A stretch of DNA of 64,000 bases from the NCBI GenBank assembly GCA_038147155.1, contig JAYQTA010000009.1, forward strand, positions 18,283 to 82,282, read 5' to 3'. The position numbers and the translations under genes are program-made. Below are positions 12,105 to 19,580 of the stretch, in pieces. The notes under the pieces were generated by a model. That model searched no databases, was not told the origin of the DNA, and worked only from the letters and a program-made list of their open reading frames with translations. Each line of letters opens with the position of its first letter. Positions within the stretch are counted from its first letter, which is position 1. This stretch comes from Candidatus Australimonas brisbanensis (GTDB taxonomy: Bacteria; Chloroflexota; Dehalococcoidia; Lucifugimonadales; Australimonadaceae).

Positions 12105-13556
12105 TCACCCTATCCTAACCCGTTCCTGTGCGTACCGGTAGACGGCCCGGCGCTCGCGCAGGGCGAGGCCCAGGGCCACGGTGAGGGGCCCCAGACGGCC
12201 CAGGTACATGGCGACGGTGATGGTGAGCTTGCCCGCATCGGACAGGTCCGGCGTCACCCCGCGTGAGAGGCCCGTGGTGCCGAGGGCCGAGACCGCCTCG
12301 AACAGCACCGAGAGGAACCCGAACCGCCCCTGCTCCACCCCATCGAGCTCCGTGATGGCGAGGGTCAACACCACGGCAGCCAACACCACGCCCGACAGGA
12401 TCAGGATCGCCAGCGCCCGTGCCACCTGGGGGTAGGGTATCTCCCGCCCGGCGAACTCGGCGCGCTCGCGCCCACGCACGGAGGCCAGCCCCGCCACCAG
12501 CAGCACCATGAAGGTGTTCACCTTGATGCCGCCCGCTGCCGAACCCGACGCCCCGCCGATGAACATGAGCACCATGTACAGGAAGTCGTTGCCGGGGCGC
12601 GTGGCGGAGAAGTCGATGGACGAGAAGCCCGCCGTGCGGGCGGTGATGGCCTGGAAGGTGGCGTTGGTGATGCGGTCGAACCAGCCCAGGCCCCCCAGGG
12701 TGGCCGGGTTGTGCAGTTCGAACAGCAGCATGGTGACCGCGCCTGCGGCCCACAGCACCAGGGTGCCCACGATGACCAATCGCGTGTCCAGCGTCCAGCG
12801 GGAGGGGCGCTTGCGGCGCGCCAGCTCCGCGACCACGGGGAAGCTGATGCCCCCCAGGACGATGAGCACTCCGATGATGCCCAGGGTCCACGGGTCGGAC
12901 TGGTACCCCTCCAGGGAGGCCGAGCCCTTGAAGATGGTGAACCCCGCGTTGTTGAAGGCGGAGACGGCGTGGAACAGCGCGTCCCACGCGGCCTGCCCCA
13001 GGGGGTACTGGAGCGCGAAGCGCATGAAGAGCACCGCGGTGCCCACCACCTGCACCGCCAGGGCGAACCAGAGGATGTTGCGGCCCAGCTGCACCACCGA
13101 GCCCAGGGAGGCCGAACCCATGGTCTCGCGCACCAGGATGCGCTGGTTGAGGCTGATGCGCCGGCCGATGGCCGTGAGCACGACCACGCCGGCGCTCATG
13201 ATGCCCAGCCCACCCAGGAACATGAGTACCGCGATGACCCCCTGCCCGAAGCCGCTCCAATAGGTGGCGGTGTCCACCACCACCAGCCCCGTGACGCAGG
13301 TGGCCGAGGTGGCGGTGAACAGCGCCGTGAGCCAGCCCGCCCCGCCGGGGCCCACGCTGGCGGACGGGAGCATGAGCGCCACGGTGCCCGCCGCGATGAG
13401 CCCGGCGAAGCCCAGGGTGAGGGTGAGCAGGGCCGAGGTGGAGGCAGGGGGCGAGAAGCGCCGCCGCCGGTGCACGCGCACCCGCACCGGGGTGAGTTCC
13501 TGCTGGCGCGCGCGGCGCACCACGCGATCACCCAGGCGCCGGGCGTTAGGACGCAT
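12105..13556 (-). CDS. ktrB: KtrB/TrkH-family K+ transporter membrane subunit
   Basis: Pore motifs SATCVTGL, FNNAGF, TARTAGF, FIGGASGSAAGGIK, SALGTTGLS, MYLGRLGP; start set at ATG 13556. Confidence 0.92.
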   Translation of the reverse strand: MRPNARRLGDRVVRRARQQELTPVRVRVHRRRRFSPPASTSALLTLTLGFAGLIAAGTVALMLPSASVGPGGAGWLTALFTATSATCVTGLVVVDTATYWSGFGQGVIAVLMFLGGLGIMSAGVVVLTAIGRRISLNQRILVRETMGSASLGSVVQLGRNILWFALAVQVVGTAVLFMRFALQYPLGQAAWDALFHAVSAFNNAGFTIFKGSASLEGYQSDPWTLGIIGVLIVLGGISFPVVAELARRKRPSRWTLDTRLVIVGTLVLWAAGAVTMLLFELHNPATLGGLGWFDRITNATFQAITARTAGFSSIDFSATRPGNDFLYMVLMFIGGASGSAAGGIKVNTFMVLLVAGLASVRGRERAEFAGREIPYPQVARALAILILSGVVLAAVVLTLAITELDGVEQGRFGFLSVLFEAVSALGTTGLSRGVTPDLSDAGKLTITVAMYLGRLGPLTVALGLALRERRAVYRYAQERVRIG

Positions 13557-13663
13557 GGCGCGCACCGGCGCGGGGGGTGATGGGGGGCTTGGGGGTGATG
13601 AGTTGCTGGTGGGGCATGCGTGTTGCCCGTGGGCCCGGCGCGGGCGCCTCGGGGCCGGGCGCG

Positions 13664-13692
13664 AGCGTACGGCGCGGGCAGGGGGGTGTCAA
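13664..13692 (-). promoter_or_regulatory. sigma70-type promoter of the ktrB operon
   Basis: Minus strand TTGACA-N17-TACGCT. Confidence 0.7.
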
Positions 13693-13716
13693 CGAGCCGC
13701 GGGTGCGGACGGGCGG

Positions 13717-13722
13717 TAGAAT
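13717..13722 (+). promoter_or_regulatory. -10 box TAGAAT 7 nt before cysM ATG (leaderless)
   Basis: TAGAAT-cggggac-ATG. Confidence 0.6.
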
Positions 13723-13729
13723 CGGGGAC

Positions 13730-14671
13730 ATGGATACCCCCTCTCGCCCCGTGCACGTGCTCGACCTGGTGGGTCGCACCCCGCTGGTGGAGCTCACGCA
13801 CCTCTCCCCCAAGCCCGGCGTGCGCATCCTGGCCAAACTGGAGGGGGGCAACCCCTCCGGGTCAGTGAAGGACCGCATCGTGCTGGCCATGGTGGAGTCC
13901 GCGGAGCGTGCGGGGCTGCTGAAGCCGGGAGATACCATCGTGGAGGCGTCCACGGGGAACACAGCCATCGCCCTGGCCATGGTGGGCAAGCAGAAGGGCT
14001 ATAAGGTGCGCATCGCCCTCCCGCGCGGCATCGTCCCATCCATACCGGATTTGCTCACCCTCTACGGGGCGCAGCTCACCTGGTGCGAGCCGGAGGGGGG
14101 CATGCGCTCGGTCATCGAGGCCGCGTGCGCCATCGCCGAGCAGGAGGGGGCGCTGGCGCTGAGCCAGTTCACCGATGTCTCCAACGTGGAGTGCCACTAC
14201 CGCACCACAGGTTGGGAGATCGCCAGCGCGGTGGAGAGGGTGGACGCCTTCATCGCGGGCATCGGCACCGGAGGGACCATCATGGGTGCGGGGCGCCGGC
14301 TGCGCGAGCGCTTCCCCAACGTGCGGGTGGTGGGCGTGGAGCCGCGGTTGGGTGAACGCCTCCAGGGGCTGCGCTCCCTGGAGGAGGGCTACCTGCCGCC
14401 GCTGCTGGACCTGTCGGCGCTGGACGGGCGCTACCTGGTGGACTCGGCCTCGGCCATCGCCGCCGCGCGCACCGTCATCGAGACGGAGGGCATCTTCGCG
14501 GGTGTCTCCTCAGGGGCGACGCTCCACGCCGCCTGGCGCGTGGCCGAGCGCATGGAGCGGGGCACCATCGTGGTGATGTTCTCCGACGGGGGCTGGAAGT
14601 ACCTACCCGCGCGTCCGTGGGACGCTACCGGCGCGCAGGCCGAGGCGCTGGACGAGGTCCACTGGTGGTGA
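13730..14671 (+). CDS. cysM: PLP-dependent cysteine synthase family (CysM-like)
   Basis: LVGRTPLVEL, KLEGGNPSGSVKDR, EASTGNT, GIGTGGT, GVSSGA; start reassigned to ATG 13730. Confidence 0.88.
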   Translation: MDTPSRPVHVLDLVGRTPLVELTHLSPKPGVRILAKLEGGNPSGSVKDRIVLAMVESAERAGLLKPGDTIVEASTGNTAIALAMVGKQKGYKVRIALPRGIVPSIPDLLTLYGAQLTWCEPEGGMRSVIEAACAIAEQEGALALSQFTDVSNVECHYRTTGWEIASAVERVDAFIAGIGTGGTIMGAGRRLRERFPNVRVVGVEPRLGERLQGLRSLEEGYLPPLLDLSALDGRYLVDSASAIAAARTVIETEGIFAGVSSGATLHAAWRVAERMERGTIVVMFSDGGWKYLPARPWDATGAQAEALDEVHWW

Positions 14672-14675
14672 GGGG

Positions 14676-15533
14676 CTAGGCCTTCACGCCCAGGACGCGC
14701 TCCAGGGCGCGACGGGTGAACACCACGGCCATCTCGCGCTTGTAGTCGGCGGAGCCACGCACGTCCGAGGTGGGGTCCACGATGTCCGCCACCAGCGCGG
14801 CGGCTTCGCGCACCGCAGCGAGCGTGGGCTTCTCGCCCCGCAGCGCATCCTCCACCGCCGACGCGCGCAGCGCCGTGGGCGCGACGGCCCCCAACCCCAC
14901 GCGCACCTCGGCCACCTTGCCCCCCTCCACGCGGCCCAGCGCGGCCACGGAGACGGTGGCGTAGTCGTCCTCGGTGCGGGGCAGGTACTTGGTGTAAACC
15001 CACTCGCCCTTGGGCTGTGCGGGGACGGAGAGGCCCGCCACGATCTCCTCGGGCTCGGCCACCGTCTCGTAGTAGTCGGCGTAGAACTCGCCGATGGGCA
15101 CCGTGCGCTCGCCCTTGGCCGAGACCAGGCGCACGGAGGCGTCCAGCACCAGCAGGGAGGGAGGCGGGTCCATGGCGGGGTCAGCGTGGGCCAGGCCACC
15201 GCCCACGGTTGCAGCGTTGCGGATGCGCACCGTGGCCACGCGCGAGTAGGCGTTGGCCAGCAGCGGGGCGACGCGCTTCACGTCGGCGGAGGTCTCCATC
15301 TCGCGCTGGGTGGTCATCCCGCCGATGGTGAGGGCGGTGCCCTGGGCGCTGATGCCGGAGGCGTCCTTCACCCGGTGCAGGGAGATGATGTGCTCCGGGG
15401 TGATGAGCGATTGCTTGAGCAAGATGGCCAGTGAGGTGCCGCCGGAGGCGAGCTTGGCTGCATCGGCGTGCTGGGCCAGCAGCCCAGCGGCCTCCTGGAG
15501 CGTTGCGGGGGTGTGGTAGGCGAAGTCCTGCAT
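14676..15533 (-). CDS. Molybdenum hydroxylase FAD-binding medium subunit (CoxM/XdhB-like)
   Basis: KLASGGTSL, RIRNAATVGGGLAHADP, SDVRGSADYKR. Confidence 0.9.
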   Translation of the reverse strand: MQDFAYHTPATLQEAAGLLAQHADAAKLASGGTSLAILLKQSLITPEHIISLHRVKDASGISAQGTALTIGGMTTQREMETSADVKRVAPLLANAYSRVATVRIRNAATVGGGLAHADPAMDPPPSLLVLDASVRLVSAKGERTVPIGEFYADYYETVAEPEEIVAGLSVPAQPKGEWVYTKYLPRTEDDYATVSVAALGRVEGGKVAEVRVGLGAVAPTALRASAVEDALRGEKPTLAAVREAAALVADIVDPTSDVRGSADYKREMAVVFTRRALERVLGVKA

Positions 15534-16025
15534 CTAGGCCCCCTTGCTCATGGTCTGCGCGGCGGCCTTGATGGAGTCGATGATCTGGTAGTAGCCCGTG
15601 CAGCGGCACAGGTTGCCCATCATCCACTCCTTGATCTCGGCCTCCGAGGGAGAGGGGTTGGTCTCCAGCAGCGCCTTGGCGGCCATGATCTGGCCGGGGG
15701 TGCAGGCGCCGCACTGGAAGCCACCGTTGGCGATGAACGCCTCCTGCACCGGGTGCAGGTCATCCCCGTTGGCCACGCCCTCGATGGTGTTCACCGCGCA
15801 CCCGTCGGCGCGCACCGCCAGGGTGAGGCAGGAGGAGACGATCTTCCCGTCCAGTTCCACGGTGCAGGCACCGCAAACGCCCACGGAGCAGGTCTCCTTG
15901 GTGCCGGTGAGGCCCAGGTCGTACCGAAGCAGATCCACCAGGGTGCGGTAGGGCGGCACCTCGGCGGAATACGGCTTGCCGTTGACGGTCAGGCTGACTT
16001 TGACCCGGGCAGGTGCTTGCGCCAT
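15534..16025 (-). CDS. Molybdenum hydroxylase [2Fe-2S] small subunit (CoxS-like)
   Basis: CSVGVCGACTV, GFQCGACTPG, GNLCRCTGY; start reassigned to ATG 16025. Confidence 0.92.
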   Translation of the reverse strand: MAQAPARVKVSLTVNGKPYSAEVPPYRTLVDLLRYDLGLTGTKETCSVGVCGACTVELDGKIVSSCLTLAVRADGCAVNTIEGVANGDDLHPVQEAFIANGGFQCGACTPGQIMAAKALLETNPSPSEAEIKEWMMGNLCRCTGYYQIIDSIKAAAQTMSKGA

Positions 16026-16124
16026 GTGCTCCCCCGTTGGGTGGACTCGCCCGCGCTGACGGGCCTGCGCGATACTACCGCACCGGCGCACCCGCTGCCA
16101 AACGCGGGCCCGTGGAGGGTGAGG

Positions 16125-16571
16125 ATGGATGTGACGGTGCTGCTGCTGGTGGTGGTCTCGGCGGCGTTGGCGGCGGCGGGGCTGTTCCTGGTGGCCCAGG
16201 GACTGCGCGTGCGGGGCGAGATATCCCGCGCGCTGGTGGCCGAGCACGCCACCGCGCCCAGCGCTCCAGCGGGGGGAGCAGGCGGTGCGCTGGAGGCCCT
16301 GGCTCACGAGCCCATCAGGGATGCGCGCACCGCCCGGGCGCGGGCAGAGCAGATACGCCACCACACCCACGAGGAGGTGGGCAACTTCCAGCAGACGGTG
16401 GCCGATTCGCCAGAGCGCCAGTGGTTCCTCAACGGCCTCACGATACGCACGGCGCTGAATATGGCCATCATGGGCTACGGCGTGGCCAACCTAGCCATGG
16501 CCACGGGCGCGGGCATGCTGCTCACCGCCATCGCCCTGGCGGGTGCGGGGATACCACTGGCGCTGCGCTAG
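16125..16571 (+). CDS. Conserved small membrane protein (resembles the family often labelled 'aromatic ring-opening dioxygenase LigA' in Actinobacteria)
   Basis: N-terminal TM, loop PIRDARTARARAEQIRHH, C-terminal hairpin FLNGLTIRTALNMAIMGYGV; ATG 16125 after GAGG. Confidence 0.65.
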   Translation: MDVTVLLLVVVSAALAAAGLFLVAQGLRVRGEISRALVAEHATAPSAPAGGAGGALEALAHEPIRDARTARARAEQIRHHTHEEVGNFQQTVADSPERQWFLNGLTIRTALNMAIMGYGVANLAMATGAGMLLTAIALAGAGIPLALR

Positions 16572-18295
16572 CGCCGGATGCGCCGCGCGGCCAGGCCCGC
16601 GAGAACCAGGACCGACAGCACGCCCACCGCGGCCAGCAGCCCCAGCGCCGCCGCCTCCCCGGTGTGGTTCCCCCACAGCCGCCACACCAGGGTGCTCACC
16701 ACCAACGGCTCGCCCTCGCGGGTGAGCACCAGGGGCAGCGTGAGTTCCCGCACGGCCACCACCGCCAGCAGTGCCCACGCCGCCAGGGTGGAGGGGGCGG
16801 CCAGCGGGGCCAGCACCGAGCGCAGGACACGCACCGGCCCTGCCCCGGCCACAAGTGCGGCATCGCCCAGCGCCTGGTCCAGCTGCCCCAGGCCCGCGGC
16901 CTGCACCCGGTAGGCCAGGGCGATGCGGTAGGCGTAGGCGAGCACCAGCACCGCCAGGGGGGCGATGGGCGGCAGCCACAGGTAGAACACCAGCAGGCCG
17001 TTGGCCGCCAGCACCGCGGGCAGCGCCACGGATGACGAGGCCAGCGCGTCCACCCCCGCGCCCACGCGCCGGCCCACCACGCACATGCGCACGGCCCACG
17101 CCAGCACCAGCGCCACCCCCACGGCCAGGGAGGGCGCGGCCACGGCCAGCACCGCCGTGTTGGCCAGGGCCCCTGGCAATCGCGCATCGCCCAGGAGGCC
17201 ACGGTACTGGTCGAGGGACGCCAGCGCCCATGCCTCGCGCCCCGGTGGCAGGTACTGGGGTAGCAGGCTGGTCCACGCCAGCACCGCCAGCGGGGCCAGC
17301 GCGGTGAGGGCCAGCCACCCGCCCACCAGGCCCGCCGCGGGCCAGCGCCAGCGCCCCAGGGCCAGCGGGGCGCGCGGGTGCCCCCCGGCGCGCAGGGTGG
17401 CGAAGCGCGCGCCCTGGCGCGTGAGCCGGGCGAAGGCCCACACCAGCACCCCCGTCAGCGCCAGGACGTGCAGCCCCAGTGCGGCCACGGTGCCGTGCGC
17501 GGGTTGCCCTCCCACGGCGTCGGCCAGCGCGTAGTAGATGCGGGTGGAGAAGATGTCCGCCCCCGCCCCCAGCGCCAGCAGCAGCGGCACCTCGAACGCC
17601 TCCACCGTGAGCACCGCCGCCAGCGCCATGGCCCCCAGCAGGTGGGGGCGCACCGCGGGCAGGGTGATGTGCAGCGCCACCCGCCAGTCCGGCGCCCCTC
17701 CCACGCGTGCGGCCTCCTCCAGCGCGGGGTCCACGTTGCGCAGCGCGGCGCGGGCGAACAGGTAGAGGAGCGTCACCAGCCCAACCCCCTGCACGAAGAC
17801 CATCCCGCCCATGCTGAAGGGATCGAAGGGCCCGGCGCTGGCGGGCCAGGGCAGAAGCCAGCGCCAGGCCAGGTTCATCAGCCCCGTGCGCTCCCCCAGC
17901 AGGAGCACCCAGCCGATGGTCTGGGCGATGGGGGGCGTGAGCAGGGGGGCCAGCAGCACCAGGGGCACCAGGGCGCGGCCCGGCAGGTCGGTGCGCTCGG
18001 TGAGCCAGGCCAGGGGGACGGCGATGACGGTGCCCACCAGCACGGAGCCCGCCGTGAACAGGGCCGTGTCCCCGGCCGTGCCCCACAGCCCGCCGCCTGC
18101 GTACAGCCCCGTCACGTTGCCCAGGCCCCAACCGGTGCCCTGGGCGAAGGGCAGGGCGGTGGCCGGCACCCGGAACGCCCCCAGCGCCAGAACCAACAGG
18201 GGCGGGGCCACCAGCCAGCACGCCGCCACCACTCCGGCCAGGGCGGGCAGGCGGGGCGAGCGGAGCGCGCGGCGGAGGGCGGTGAGAGGTTGCAC
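16568..18295 (-). CDS. Fe3+/thiamine-type ABC transporter permease (FbpB-like, duplicated TM domain)
   Basis: LAWLTERTDLPGR, EAA loops LEEAARVGGA and LGDAALVAGA; GTG start 18295. Confidence 0.88.
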   Translation of the reverse strand: MQPLTALRRALRSPRLPALAGVVAACWLVAPPLLVLALGAFRVPATALPFAQGTGWGLGNVTGLYAGGGLWGTAGDTALFTAGSVLVGTVIAVPLAWLTERTDLPGRALVPLVLLAPLLTPPIAQTIGWVLLLGERTGLMNLAWRWLLPWPASAGPFDPFSMGGMVFVQGVGLVTLLYLFARAALRNVDPALEEAARVGGAPDWRVALHITLPAVRPHLLGAMALAAVLTVEAFEVPLLLALGAGADIFSTRIYYALADAVGGQPAHGTVAALGLHVLALTGVLVWAFARLTRQGARFATLRAGGHPRAPLALGRWRWPAAGLVGGWLALTALAPLAVLAWTSLLPQYLPPGREAWALASLDQYRGLLGDARLPGALANTAVLAVAAPSLAVGVALVLAWAVRMCVVGRRVGAGVDALASSSVALPAVLAANGLLVFYLWLPPIAPLAVLVLAYAYRIALAYRVQAAGLGQLDQALGDAALVAGAGPVRVLRSVLAPLAAPSTLAAWALLAVVAVRELTLPLVLTREGEPLVVSTLVWRLWGNHTGEAAALGLLAAVGVLSVLVLAGLAARRIRR

Positions 18296-18342
18296 GCCCG
18301 CAGGATAGCCCCGGCCGGGGCAAGGGCGCCTCCCCGCAGACG

Positions 18343-19455
18343 CTAACTGCCGGGGAAGAGGGCGTCTTGGAAGGTGCGGGTGGCCGCCGAGCGTTCCCGG
18401 AAGGTGGCGGGGCTCTCGTACACCAGGTCGAGTTCCGCGAAGCGCCCGCTGGTGAGCCCCTCCGGCCCGTGGCCGAAGGCCGCCCACCCCTGGCCGATGG
18501 CCTCCCAGGAGAGGGCCGAGGCCTCCCGCGAGGTGCTCCACGCCGCGAACAGGCGCGCCGCGTTGGGGTGAGGTGCGCCCGCCGCCACAGCGTGGGAGAA
18601 CAGGTTCACGCCCATGCCCGGGTTCCAGAAGGGCTCGATGAACCCCGTGCCCAGCAGGGCCTGCGGGTACCCGTAGCCCAGGTACTGGAGCGGGCGCTCA
18701 CCGGAGACGGTGAGCGCGTCGCAGTCCGAGGTCACCACCACGTCCTGCTCATCCAGCAGGCGCCGGTGGAACTCGATCATCACCTGCGGGTCGTAGTAGA
18801 GCGCCAAGAACCCGTTGCCCGCGCGCAGCAGGAAGTCCGGTGCGCAGATCAGGCCCTTCCAGCGCGGGTCGAGCCAGTCGGCCAGGGTGCGGGGCAGGTC
18901 GGCGGGGTCCACGTCGCGGGTGTTGGCGAAGTGGGTGTACTGCGATTGGGCAACGCCGATGGCGCTGCCCACCCCGTCCGCGTCCCAGGCGCGCTGCGCC
19001 GGCGCGCCCAGCGCGGCCCAGTCCACCGAGGCGGCAAGGCCTGCGTCGAGATAGGCGGCCATCTGGGACATGGACAGGTAGGCCACATCGGTCTGCGCGC
19101 GCCCTGCCTCGGCCTCGGCGGTGAGGGTGCTCACCACCTGGAAGGAGGCGAGTGCGCGCCCTGAGCAATCGATGGAGAATCGGGCGGTGAACACCGCGCA
19201 CCAGGCGTCGATCTGGTCCTGGTTGTACCCGTCCCAGCGCACCGAGCCCTCGGCTCGCGCCGCGGCCACCAGCGCCTCCAGCCCGGTGGCGTCCCAATCG
19301 GCGTCCAGCGTTCGGTAGGCGCTCCCTTCAGCCAGACGGGCCGGGTTGCCGCGCGGGGTCAGGTCCAGCGCGGGGGTGGGGGAGGCGGCGGGGGCGCTGG
19401 AGCAGCCCACCAGCAGTGCCAGGGCCAGGGGGAGCAGGAGCAGGGAACGGGGCAT
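18343..19455 (-). CDS. ABC transporter substrate-binding lipoprotein (Fe3+/polyamine-like cluster)
   Basis: Lipobox LLVGC, LADWLDPRWKG, APHPNAARLFAAW; ATG 19455. Confidence 0.8.
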   Translation of the reverse strand: MPRSLLLLPLALALLVGCSSAPAASPTPALDLTPRGNPARLAEGSAYRTLDADWDATGLEALVAAARAEGSVRWDGYNQDQIDAWCAVFTARFSIDCSGRALASFQVVSTLTAEAEAGRAQTDVAYLSMSQMAAYLDAGLAASVDWAALGAPAQRAWDADGVGSAIGVAQSQYTHFANTRDVDPADLPRTLADWLDPRWKGLICAPDFLLRAGNGFLALYYDPQVMIEFHRRLLDEQDVVVTSDCDALTVSGERPLQYLGYGYPQALLGTGFIEPFWNPGMGVNLFSHAVAAGAPHPNAARLFAAWSTSREASALSWEAIGQGWAAFGHGPEGLTSGRFAELDLVYESPATFRERSAATRTFQDALFPGS

Positions 19456-19580
19456 GGGCTCTCCTTCGTGTTTGGGAGCGGGTGCGGAGAGACATTGTAC
19501 GGCCCCTGGCACGGGCTGGTCACGCGGGCGCGCGCTTGACCCCCCGCACGCGCCCGCCTCAAAATCTGGCCGGAGGGTTC

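Noticed and set aside
13557-13660. c-di-AMP (ydaO) riboswitch upstream of ktrB
   Set aside because: No recognisable ydaO conserved motifs; the leader is short and C-rich
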